From Styela clava (taxonomy: Eukaryota), in NCBI RefSeq assembly GCF_964204865.1, contig NC_135253.1, positions 10,230,001 through 10,294,000 of the forward strand: 64,000 bases of DNA, written 5' to 3'. The notes beneath the pieces are model-generated. The model saw only the letters and a program-made list of their open reading frames with translations, did no database searches and had not been told where the DNA came from. Positions within the stretch are counted from its first letter, which is position 1; each line of letters starts with the position of its first letter. Below, in pieces: positions 36,701-48,726 of the stretch. A program made the position numbers and the translations under genes.

Positions 36701-39568
36701 GTTCTCCGACTGAATTGCGAAATGAAAATTAAAAATTAGTTATTTCGTAAAAGAAGAAGAATTATGTAAGTAAGTGTTGTGTATTTTGATTTTAGATGAA
36801 AAAATTGGAAAAGGTCCGATCAAGTTAATAGCGTTTATTTTTCTCGATAACTTATGCAGTTTGCCCGCTTACCAAGGTATGCGTGGTCCGAACTTTAAGA
36901 TATTGAGCCTAATCGAAGTCGAAAATGAAATTCCACCCGCTGCAACTTATTATGAAAGCCACGAGCTGAAGTAATAGAACCTGCGATCTCATTCAATTTG
37001 CGGTATACTAAAATTTAACCTACCAGTGAAGTTCGTTTTTGCGCGACGAATATAACCTTTTCCTGTCCAATAAATATACTTTTCCACTGGGTCATAATCA
37101 ATTGCAATCAAATCTGTGACATTAATGCCATATTGCTCATAAGAGACTCCGGAAGTTGAAAGTATTGAAATCACACTCAGGCTACTTCTACGTCCAATCA
37201 ATATATGTATATCTGGTGTAACAATATAAAGAAACAATATGAAAACAGAAAATAATTGTGAACATATTTGCTGATTTTTTTAATTGGTAATTTCGATTAA
37301 TTTTCTTCAGCCATAAACAGCAAAACGTAGGTCAAAATTGTAAATGATAATATATCTCATATTCTTTAAATCAAATTGTCAGTGTATTCATAATTGCTGA
37401 TGTATACACATGTCATGGTTTAGTTCGGGGGGTGCACAACCTTTTTGCTATTGGTGGCCACATTGCATTTATTTGTACGACCTATGCGGGGTGCAGACTG
37501 CCCAATTATGAAGTATGTAGGACTACTTGGAAGTATATTATTCGCATTTTTAACGGATTATTTTTTTCGGTGAACCCATTCTTGAGCAGATATATTGCAG
37601 CAAGTTGCATAATGGTTGCACAATTTTGAAAAAAATCGAAACTCGGGGAGGGGCGGTCGCCCCCATTTTATTGTCCTCAAAAATATAATAAAATGTCCAA
37701 TATTTTAATGAATTTATTCTATAAAAGTTTGCAACGCATTGTAGCAATTTAATGACTCCCTTGGTTTTGCATGTGGGCTGCCGAAACGCGTGATCAATCT
37801 GAACCGTGAAAGGAAATCCCCAACAGCAAATACACCATCCAGATTGTGACGCATCGTGTCGTCTGACTTTTTTGCAGTGCTTCTGTTTTGCTTCAATATA
37901 CGCCAGCATAGCTGTCAAATCCTATATTTTGAACTTTTTTTCTGTTTATAGGATTTTGTATGTGGACGGCCGCATTATTTTTTCACCACGGCCGCAGGTT
38001 GTGCACCGTTGGAACTTTAGTTATTATTATACCCACAATATTACAGACTAATATATATTTAGAGTTTGACCTATAAATGCATATCATATTCTTTAATTTT
38101 GATTTGTTTACCTTGAGACAATGGTGGGCTAGTGGTAGTGGGAGATGCTGTTTCTAATACTTCCTTGAAATCAGTCGTTTGATTTAACATCAATGTTGTG
38201 GCGGGAGGCAAAGTTTTTGATGCGTCATTTATAACAGTATTTGTGGAAGTTGTTGCTGTACTTCCCGTGAAAGCGTCATGAAATGTGACTTCATCTGCTA
38301 TGGGTTCGGTAACAGTTTCATCTCTTGCTTTTGTTTTTGCAGCTTTGGCCTGTATTCTGGCTTTTAATTCCGAAATGATAGCTGTATAATAAAAACCAAA
38401 CATTATACAGTTTTCATACATCAAAATATATATACAATAAAATATTTACTTACTTCCATGATCCGGTTCCTAGAAAAAAAAAACGTACAGGATTAAATAT
38501 TCATGTCAGATATATTTTGTATAAATTTGAATCTGGGCCATATTGGAAACTTACTCGACTGTGTTGCCAGTTCTTTGTGATTAAATGTTGTTAACGTTTG
38601 CTCTCTTTACCAAACGCAATCAATTTTTAAAAATTATGATACAGATTTTCTCATACATTCATATTCTGTATATTAATTCACTACACACAATTATGAGTCA
38701 GCGAAAGCAACATTGGTCCAATGCCAGACATAAGATGCTAAACATTCCGAAACTTGGGAATTGTGGTCAATCACTTTTGCAAAATTCCCTGAAAATAGTG
38801 ATTTTTCTTACCGTGCATCCTTTCGAAGGAACTAATTTTCCATTTTTCAGCTTGTAGACGCAAAACTCTAAACAATTAAAAACACATGCTCTTTTTGTTG
38901 TTCTGAGATGGTAATGCGCATAGTATGCCCGAATTCACTATCGACATATACGTATTTTACAGTATTTCGACATCATAGTCTATTTTCTCATTTAGTATTT
39001 ATGATTCATTATAGCCATTCGTTAGGTATTAACTATTGAGATGAGAATATTTTTACATCACAGTCTATATTTTCCGTTTAGTGTTTATAATTCATTCATA
39101 CCCAATCGCTATAGATATTCTTGCTCGTGATAACTGATAAGGGACCTCCTGGAGTATGCGCACCAAGATGGCGCACAACCTGAACTCAGGTTGTGTACCC
39201 GGTTAGGGTTCAGATTGTGCGACATCTCGGTGCGCATACTTCAAGAGTACCCTGATAAGTGCATAATTGTAGGTTGTACTTCATGGGGCAAAAATTCACA
39301 CGCGTGAGGAAATTATAGTATTTCATTATCCATAAATTAGTAACCAAACCTTCATTTTTAGCTGTCATTCCTATTTAAGTTTATAACATTTTTAGGATAT
39401 AGACTGAGTGAACTAGAGCTGCCACTGCATCTGGGCATCTAAGAAATAGACAGCTACATATCTGGGTATCGCTAGTTATTTCGTGTATGCCATTTGCGTA
39501 CCTGATGGAACGGAGAGCACGAATAAGGTTGAAAAATGCAATCCAATCACAAAAGCTTTGTACATCAT
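33758..39568 (-). CDS. Secreted LDLR/LRP-family-like protein: signal peptide + Thr-rich stalk + single YWTD beta-propeller + EGF, no transmembrane domain (about 443 aa)
   Basis: Exons 39502-39568 ([22 protein letters not shown]), 38812-38867, 38555-38572, 38454-38469, 38112-38381 (Thr-rich), 37024-37212 ([14 protein letters not shown]), 36541-36709 ([14 protein letters not shown]), 36288-36421 ([19 protein letters not shown]), 35662-35794 ([17 protein letters not shown]), 34208-34418 ([18 protein letters not shown]) and 33758-33826 ([22 protein letters not shown]). All phases are consistent; the two micro-exons are less certain. Confidence 0.85.
34486..34917. mobile_element. hAT MITE in an intron of the YWTD gene
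   Basis: CAGGGGTCGGCAACC / GGTTGCCGACCCCTG TIRs; perfect TSD ACATAGAA. Confidence 0.9.
35175..35582 (+). mobile_element. Helentron/DINE-like short interspersed element, copy 1
   Basis: GCTCAAATATATGGACACG start, (AAC/AAT)n tract, CGTGTC near the end complementary to the 5' GACACG; homologous to 35880-36228. Confidence 0.55.
35880..36228 (+). mobile_element. Helentron/DINE-like short interspersed element, copy 2
   Basis: Shares GCTCAAAT.T.TGGACACG, CGCCACAA.GTG.GCAATT and TAACCACTGAAA(A)TTTCA.AGCAATTGATCC with copy 1. Confidence 0.55.
37426..38011. mobile_element. Degenerate hAT MITE
   Basis: GGGGTGCACAACCT / AGGTTGTGCACCG inverted ends with GGCCGC subterminal motifs; TSD eroded. Confidence 0.65.
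39141..39252. mobile_element. 112-bp palindromic family-B mini element
   Basis: GGGACCTCCTGGAGTATGCGCACCAAGATGGCGCACAACCTGAAC / GTTCAGATTGTGCGACATCTCGGTGCGCATACTTCAAGAGTACCC; perfect 6-bp flanking repeat TGATAA. Confidence 0.85.
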
Positions 39569-41136
39569 GAAATTGCCTCTTTGTTTTGCAATGCCGACGA
39601 AGATTCAAGTTTTTTTTTAGTAATTTTTTTATTTACTAGTATTAGTTCAATGAAAATTGCCTGGTATATATATGTGTGTAAAGTTGGTTCCCTAAATTTT
39701 CTATCATATATCCATGCACTAGTGTGAGGCTTCCGACATGAACACGAGGCCGTCGGAGCAGCTATTGTTAGGAGGTTTCATTGAAGCACTGAATTAAAAC
39801 TTCATGGATTTCCGCCCTAAATTGTACCGATATGTTCACAATTGATAGCCGCGTATACTGCGTAATTTCTTGCATTACCTTGCCAAACAGGAAAAAGGAC
39901 TAAGGTAAAAATATAGACCACAAATATGCTAAGAACTGGCAAAGAACGGTGCTTGTCATTGAGGCAAGAAGCAAATCTTGAAAGTTTGTAGAAAATGTGA
40001 AAAAAACTTTCAAGTCAGCAACTCTAACGTCTACAGCTATCTAAAAAGAAGAATTGTTGAGTTGCTTGGTGTACAAATTTATTTTGCTAATTTTGTCAAT
40101 TTAGCATGTTCGCTGCTTCGTCAATGTAGCTTAACTCAGTTTGTTTTTCTCAATCACTTAAACTTATACAAACGTAGCAGGTATTGCAGTACGATTTCAG
40201 CGCTAAATTGTATAGACACTCTGAAAATATTTTGAACTTTTCCCTGCATGTTAATATTAAAACATGTCTCCTTCGAAAACTTCATTATACTTTTCAAATG
40301 TTGACAACTTACATGAGCACTTTTTATCTCATGCAAGTAGTTTCAATCGCGCATTATCAATATCCCTTCTCTAATATATATATATGCAATTATAAACCAG
40401 CCTCTGCATTCTCTGACAGTCAATAACAAAACATTATTCATCTCTGCATGGTTGCTAAAAACATTAGTCATTCCGTTTTGGAACAGCCCACCACCATGTA
40501 CCAATGTGCAATGTTATGCAAATAGAAAATGTATTCATGGTTAAGCAAATTTGAAATACATGTATGATTAGTAATTCTTCCGCATCTTATGCACTACGTT
40601 GAACTATGTTAGAGATGTTAACCTATGAGATATGTCTAATAGTATATGTATGCTCTATCAAAATACCACAACTTACTAATGAAGATAATGTCAATTAGTC
40701 CGTGTTTATATTGATATATATATTGCATTCTACAAATTGGTAAATATATAACCTATTTAACAACGAAAACATTTTGGAATTTTATATAGCCGTACTTTCC
40801 GATTCATAAGATTTTATAATTGTAGGAAGTAATATGACAGAAAATCGATGGTCAAACATCAAATAACTATAGATTATACCAATTTTAAATCAGCATCCAA
40901 TATCCAAAGGAATGAAATATTTGTAGATGCACAACCAGCTATAACATGGATAAATAATACATACCAGACTATTTTATATACGGATACAGTATTTTAGTCC
41001 GTTAGTATGGAATTTCCAGCAAACAACGTATTAATTAAACCAGGAACCGGTGCCTGACGCTCTTCACACATCCAGGCTAAGACAATAGAGAAGATGTTCA
41101 TAATGTTTCAACTAAATCCACTGACTTGGCAAAAGA

Positions 41137-41483
41137 AAATGTCGGTCGGAGTCCGACGACTTATCGATCGAAAGTTAGGGGATCCCCAAAACAGAAACTG
41201 CGGTTTCGATTCAATCGCGATGACTCCATAGCGACACCGTGTGTCCCATCACTAATTAATTAATACCTCACTAATTATGCGACATAATTCATCCAAAATC
41301 AATAGGCTTCTGGTCCGAAATATGATGAATGCACATGCAGGAATTGGAGCAGATTCAACTTCGCTTTCGTGAGATATCGCGTAACATAAGAAATTGTCTA
41401 ACAGACCGACAGACAGACAGACAGCCAAACAAACAGACAAATACCTATTAACATACTTACCGATCAAGATCGATAAGTAATAA
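41137..41483 (+). mobile_element. Helentron-associated (DINE-1/HINE-like) element
   Basis: 5' subTIR ACTTATCGATC (41159-41169), (GACA)n microsatellite, 3' hairpin ACTTACCGATC-AA-GATCGATAAGT whose right arm is the inverse of the 5' subTIR. Confidence 0.75.
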
Positions 41484-44400
41484 TGACGCCCGCCATTAAA
41501 ACCATATAACATTAGACCAAAATGCGAGTGCATTTTCATTTCAAAGTTTTCAATCATATAAAATCACTGTTTGTTAATAAATCTCCAAGTTTTGTTTAAA
41601 CATCATCAACACTGGATCTGCTGCTAAACTGATAAATGACAACTGTATAGCAGGCAACTTAAATATGATGACGTTTTGGGCTATTCTTCAAATCAAATTT
41701 TTCCAGGATGTCATGTCGTGCCATTCCAAGAATAAGTTAAGGACTCTCGGAATCGAATCGGCAATTCAATTCTTTGTTAATCTCAATATCATACTAACGG
41801 TATCTCGTTCAAAAATTCATTACATCGTGAAACACAAACAAAAATGCGCTTTGTTTTTCATCAAAGTAATTCGAATGAGAAGCCGCGCAACAGAAAAATT
41901 TGATCAGAATTTTTTTCTCTAAGGTGCAGTTTTGATATTGGCCTTCGTTTTCTCCGAGAGTAAATAATAAAACTTCGTTCATCTCTAAATAAATGGTAAT
42001 AATTCAAATTGTCATTACCGTGCGCCCACCTATTAAAGTCATTTGTTATGCAAGCACGAAATGTATTCATGGTGGAACACATTCAAAATCGTTTTGTGAC
42101 ACTTCCGCATTTCACGTATGGCGTTGAAATATAGCAAGATGGGATCGCGCAAAGCCTACTTTTTTAAAATACGCGATTAGAGCTTCGGTCTAATTTGAAA
42201 ATGAGTTGTCTTGCACAATGGTTTAATCAATCAAGCAATGAATCAATGGTATGTGAAATATTCAGTGATTAAACTATTTTTCGTAAATTTCGCCCTTGGA
42301 AATGTATACAAAACATTATGTATATATTGTAAATATATATACAGTATAAACGCTCCAAATACGACGGTATATAAATCAAATCATATTTTGATAATATACG
42401 CCTTTGCGTATGAAAACCGATTATATCACCAGCATGAAGAGTCTGATATTCCAACTCCGGATTCGCGCTAGTTTGAGCTTGGCGTGCGTTGTACTTTCAA
42501 ACTCCGACTCAAGTATCTCAAGCCAGGTTTCGAACAATCATGAACCATTACTTAAACCAGTCAAAATAAATCTGTCCAACCCATCACAAAAACATGTCAT
42601 GAGCCACTTTTTGAACTTTATTAACGACGCGGGTCAAAACCCAACAAATTAGGTATAAAATTGATACACGAAAATAACAAAGGAAATCTGAATGTATCTG
42701 TTGAAATTACACATGAATCTCACACTATACGAGACCCCCGACTTAAACAGACCAGTTGGCAGTTTCATAATATGAATTCAATTGGCATGGACACAGAATG
42801 TCTACATTGCTCATCTGTTTTGAGTTTTTTTATTTGTTTATCACCTCGTTGAGCATGCAACTGAGCGTGGAGAAGTCCACGCGAAGCGCATGAAACGTTT
42901 GTTTCTGAACATCGAATAATATAAACTGAATATATAAGGTTCTTGCTGTTGTTCCCTAAACTCCGCGTGTCGAGACTGTGCTTTCTTATTCCTGTCCGCT
43001 TTCAAGTCTTTAGTGAAATGTGCAAGTTCTTTGTTGTATGTTGTATTAAAATAGCGACGTTATAAAAGCATAAAATAGATATCAAAACAGTAAAATAACT
43101 TAACTCAAAAATGAGGCAGATGCTTGGAGTAGTAGTAGCTAGTAGGTGCATGTCGCGAAAGATCCCCGAGTTGAGTGTCCAGATAAAAAGTGCGTTAAAT
43201 TATCTATCAAAACAGAAGCCAAAACGTGGCAGCGCGTCACATGTGACCCGAGCCTAGATGTCGCTGTACTGGATGCCAATATTATTACTTAAAGAATTTT
43301 TTGTGAGCAGAATAAAGGGTGGTCAAACATAGCTCAAATTCAGTTTCTTGCAATTTTTAAAATAGGTATCTTACGATAAAACGATTCTAAGATTTGTCAA
43401 TAAATTCTTGAAATAATAATGTCAAATGAGACGGGCCAGGCTTATTTACGAATGTAATCTTTTTATTTTTGAGCTTTATTAAGCTAATTCCGTTTATATA
43501 GATCATTCACGTATTAAATAATGTGTTAAAACAAGTACTAGCATATCTTTAATTAAGCACTTCATACAATTGCTCTTAACAGCGCTGTAGATAAGCTAGT
43601 CACTGTAGATTGCGCAATTAATAGGTTCGGTCTGTATAATTGCAATATATTCAGTTAATAATTCAATAAAACACGATCTGAGTGTATATAGTACTGAGGG
43701 AAGTCGATTAAATGTTGTGCATTCTCTTGATATCTTTCGTATAACTATCAAAACTTTGGTGAGGATAACCCATCCTTTTGGACGCGCAGTCTATAATACG
43801 CGGTAAGAAACTTGATATCAGTTTCATAATCTTAGATAAATTGAATAACAGCTAAATGCCACATGATTTGGTCACCCTTTTCACCCATACTTCTTCCCTT
43901 CTACTTCTTATTAAAAAACATAGTTGCCCGTGATATCCTTAACATGCAATCCCGTTGCGATGGACGTTAGAAAGCTGGATTTTATCACGAGAAAGGTGAC
44001 GTCAGATCTCTGCAAATGTTGCAATATTTGCCGAATAAACACGGCATTTGTCTCGTATTAACTTTTTATGGTGTCATTATGAGTTATTTTTTGAGTTCAA
44101 TTTAATTACCCGATATTTTATCATTTACATACTCAATTATAGAGATGAGTGAAATCAATGGGATGTTGAATCAGATCACAATTGCATATTTTGTTTTTCT
44201 AGTTTTTGGGCTAGGAAATGTTACTAACACAGTGTATCCATCGTAACTGGGATTTAGAATAGGCAGGCGAAGGTGACCATGTTATTCCTCGAGAATAGTA
44301 AAGCTGTCATTTTATTCAACTCGTTCTTCCTATTATGCTCGTGTAAGTATGCAACATTTATCGTCAACAAGAGTCAATCGTAATATTAGCTTTTCTGGTA

Positions 44401-45835
44401 CGACACGAGTCATATTTGATTTTATATGGTTTTTATATACGAGTGCTTTGTTTATGCCAGGTTTTCCCTTGTTGGAAATTGTGCCTTTTGATTTTATCTG
44501 TTGCAAACTCGTTAAATCTGACAATATAAGTGAAATATAATTGCCAAAAAATCATTTCCTTCACCCTCATTGGCAAGTACTTGCCATGTTTACTTTGTTC
44601 GTTGTCACCTGATCGTCATATTTGCAAAGCACGCACCGTGAAAAGCTTTTTTAAAGGAATGCTTCGAACTTTGAACGGCATTCATGTCGCAAATATTTCA
44701 GCAGTTTGTTATGGTGTGGTTGATAAAGCCTCCGGGTAAAATCACCTTTGTGCGTTGATCGCGTATTGTTTGCTTGTATTTTGGTCAACGGGAGATTAGA
44801 TTCTGGTTTCCTTTGCAAGATGGAGGTCTGTGACCTTTCAAGGTAAACGGAAAACATTGACATTGGGCGTGTAGTTAGTGATCTTGTACAAGAACGCATA
44901 AGTCTTGTTCTGCAGTCCTCACTGTTATATGGAAGTTCAGCGGGAACACATGTTATAATAATTTAAGCAGGGCATACTTTGAAATGGCGGTTTTGTTTCT
45001 AGTCGAGTGTATAGTTATGTCCAGATAGACTGGAACTCGATGCGACCTTTACTCGCATTCAATTCATAATGACCGCACATATTTTGTCGCTAGCCATTTT
45101 TCTCGTTGATTAAAATATATTCTACTGGGCTTGAACTCCAACGAAAATCACATCTTCTGAAACGTTGCAGGTGTGAAGTAGAGTCACAAAATGACGTTCT
45201 TAGTGATTACATAATGAGTGAAAGCGTTCACGCGACTCTCGCTGAAGTTGCCATGGTTGAAATTATTTTAGTTCTTCAATACAATAGCACGTTTACAAAG
45301 CAGAGGTTCTCACTTGACGACCATTGAAAATGTATATCGTGTGTGTATTGTTGATAAGGACTAGAGGGCACTATCGTACAGGTCAGAAATTGTTTTTGTT
45401 TTGCTTTGGTGGCTAGAAAACGCAGTCATTGGGCCAAACGTGAATACGCTTGAATAATAATAAAAAGAAGTATTCATTTGTGAATAGGTATCGTATGTCT
45501 TAATGTCGTACCATACTAAATTAGTCAATTGAAAAGCTCCGGAAATGACAAAGACGAGCGAGGGCCGAAAGAACGTATTTATTCATATTATTCAAAGTGC
45601 TATGATGTGAATGTGTAAAGGTTCCTAATATAGAAAGATTATCTACGTAAACTAATAGCAGTAGGGTGCAGAGTCTATTTCGAGTATCATGAAAGTTGCT
45701 ATGGCAGTATGTAAATCTTTGCATATATATATTGAAAGTACTTATATATCATGACTCACTTGTAGAAATTTTATGTTTCGTATGACAGTACGTTTGTGAC
45801 AGTTCAGAAAAAGCAAAATTGTTTGATGTTGTGTT

Positions 45836-46190
45836 TAGGGCTGGGCATTCCGAATCGAATCGAATAGTAAATTATTCGAATCGGTTTAGAGCAAATTTTC
45901 GAATCGCCGCCATCTTGTTTTACTCTTCCGCCAGGGGTCGAGGTAAGTTTCTCAATTTTTTTGTCATTGAAGCCATATTTTTTCAATACAATCCTGCCTT
46001 TTAATTTTTTCTGTATTGAGGTATTGATGAAAACGTGTTTTTTATTGTCAGTGATGTATTTTATGTTTTCAGTAATTTATGTGTCTGGAGGACCTAAAAT
46101 AGTAAATGATATAATTATCGCTTTATTTGAAATTCTTTTCGGTGGCTATGCGATATAGTTAGTCAACTGGTGGGTGGATTGCCATATATT
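45836..46190 (+). mobile_element. TAGGG-terminal hAT-like MITE, truncated; same family as 58918-59324
   Basis: TAGGGCTGGGCATTCCGAATCGAATCGAATAGTAAAT...TAATTTATGTGTCTG.AGGACC shared with the NPL intron copy. Confidence 0.65.
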
Positions 46191-46243
46191 TGCTGTGTCT
46201 TTTTAATGATTTCAAAATAGTTGTGATTAACGTCCTACACACC

Positions 46244-46841
46244 AATTTGCGATATTTTTAGCATATGCAGTAATTGCGCTGTGTTCTTATCTCATGCAAG
46301 GCAGATGCTGTTATTTCACCATACCAGGTTATTTTATCAGCCACCTCTCGGGAAGTACCCATTTCAGTATCCCCATGGACGTTATGAATTGGAGTTTTAA
46401 ATCGCATTATACAAGACCACCTAATTTTCAATGTATGTCTTTGACAGAACTTGAATAATATCCGATTAATAATACGGGTTAGTTTTCAATATCCCAACAA
46501 AATGGGACAGGAAAAGCAAAATTACTGCTAGCGAACGACAAATTTGCGATATTTTGAGCATGTGCAGTAATTGCGCTGTGTTCTTGTCTCGTGCTAGGCA
46601 GAGGCTGTTATTTCACCATACCAGATTATTTCATAACCAGCCTTTCGGGAAGTACCCATTTTAATATTCCCATGGACATGCGAACTTCCTTTATAAATAT
46701 TTCGCATTTTATTGGGATCACTTAATTTTCATAGTGTATCTTTGACAGAACTTGGATACTATTCTAATATCAGAACAAGTTGGTTTTGTATGTCCCCCCA
46801 AAATGGGTCAGGAAAGGCAAGAATTACTGGTAGCAAATGAA
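46244..46841 (+). repeat. Tandem duplication, about 297-bp unit x2, covering an acceptor and start codon
   Basis: Units begin AATTTGCGATATTTT at 46244 and 46541; both contain TCTTTGACAG|AACTTG and AAAATGGG.CAGGAAA. Confidence 0.9.
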
Positions 46842-48726
46842 GAACATCATGTATACGAAGAGGAGGGATATTTTGAAACTTCGCACCAATACCACAATAC
46901 ACACGATCATGAACATGAGAAAAAACATGGAATAATTTGTCGAATTTTAACGAGATTGCATTTAAAGAAACGAGACTGCGGTAGCTACAAATTTTTTCAA
47001 CTAACTTTTTCGCCTTGTAGTTATACTGTAGGAATAAACTTTTGAAGACGCATCTGACCATATATATATATTTTCCAATTTTGAACACTTTTTTAATTTA
47101 CCTCACAAAAATATTTTTTTTTTTTTTAAAAAGTGCGGCTTGTGTACTCTACAAACTATAACTTTCTTCAACCATGTGTTTTTTTGTCAAATGTACTATA
47201 AAAAGGTTTTTGTATATAAAAACAATTTTTTCACACTTAATTTAAATAATGACGTAGCTCATCATAATACTTTGTCGAATAGTGCCTTCTATGCCATTTT
47301 GTGGATCCATCCTATTAGATTGCTCTATACAAGCATGAATCGACTCTTTGCTACGCATAAAAGCGCGTGATTCTGCTTTGTGTAAACTACAGCTACCAGT
47401 GTGTGACCATGACTAAGCTAAGAAAAACGTTTTGGATTTGAAATGTTACTTGAATAATGTTTTTTCTATATTCAACTAAAAACTGAATCGCATTGTTGAA
47501 TTCAGTATACAAATTTTCATCTACACTAAGTCACTAAATATATTTCTTGTGGACCCTCGACCATCTCTGAGTTGTACGAAGTCCAAAATTTACCCCAAAA
47601 ATGTGTCGATTTTACATTTAACTGGCTCACCTTCATATGAATTTTTACATTTGCTGAAATTACAGTGGCCTGCGTGTTCTCCTATTCAAGCATTGCTTTC
47701 TTGTTTTATTTTAAAGATCATCAAAAATTGTTATCGGAATCTCAGGAGCATCTTTCGGTACCGATAGATCAGGAATTACATCCAAATAAAGTTAAGAAAC
47801 AAAAGAAAAGCAAAAATGAGACGAAAAAACGATTCGGATCCCAGAAGGAGTCAAAAAATGCCCCCTTCACGCAAATCCGGTCAGAAAAAGCCGAAAATTC
47901 GTCCGCAAATGGCAACAATAGCAATAATAACATGTTCAGCACGAATTATGAAATGCTGACAAATGATTTGAGTTGCTCCCACGAGAGAATATGTGAAACA
48001 GACTTCGAAGATGCTAACAAGCCACAGCAATCAAGAGAATACTATGACGTTCATTTGACCGTAATTCAAAATGCACACGAATACAGCGATGACCATTTTG
48101 GTGAATGTTCTCTTAGAAGGCCCGAGGATGATGATGATAATGATATACTTGTCGAAAAACCAAGAACTGAAAGTCTGTCAACCGGGCAATATTTGAAACA
48201 CAAGTGGCATGGAAAGCGGGTAAAAAAGGCTCGCAAGGTATGTATATCTTAATTGATCTGTTCAGTCAAGATTCGTGTAGTCTGTACTGCAGAGGTGTAT
48301 AAATCACCACACATTACTTCCGTATACCCCCAAGGAATAGATCACTGATGGAATGCGTTACGTAGATCCTAATTTGAGTTTTCAAGATATTCGATATCAA
48401 TTTTAACAAAGTAGTCGAACCGAGTTTCAGTGATGATTTCTGATGCTGCGACTAATGTAGTACAACAATCATCGCACATCCCAATGAATTAGTCATCAAT
48501 TAATATCGTTGCATACCAAAGTTATCGATTTACGTTTTATATTTGTTGAGCAGTGTTTGTCCTTGATTACATAATGTTTATTGAACGACGTATATTCTTT
48601 TTACAGCGTTTCAGAAGTGCCGTAAGAGTTACATGGCTTTCTTTGCAATCAGGAACAAATGCAAGCCAACTGATACCAAGCGCTAACACTGTCGCTACTG
48701 CCTTTTCCCCTTCGAACAAAAGATAG
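46803..48726 (+). CDS. Uncharacterised, largely disordered protein (about 272 aa, 3 exons)
   Basis: Exons 46803-46980 (His-rich MGQERQELL...KKRDC), 47717-48237 and 48607-48726 join in phase (G|AT, AAG|CGT) with GT-AG sites; basic/amphipathic tail KWHGKRVKKARKRFRSAVRVTWLSLQSG. The reading frame is open from the acceptor at 46749, so the start could lie further upstream. Confidence 0.7.

Noticed and set aside
37550-37918. 122-aa ORF; likewise ORFs at 31593, 32881 and 53129
   Set aside because: They lie in or overlap MITEs and lack transposase motifs.
42400-45400. Scattered exon-like segments (42846-42902 minus; 44820-44842 plus, MEVCDLS)
   Set aside because: Could not be joined in frame to any gene; may be UTR exons or chance.
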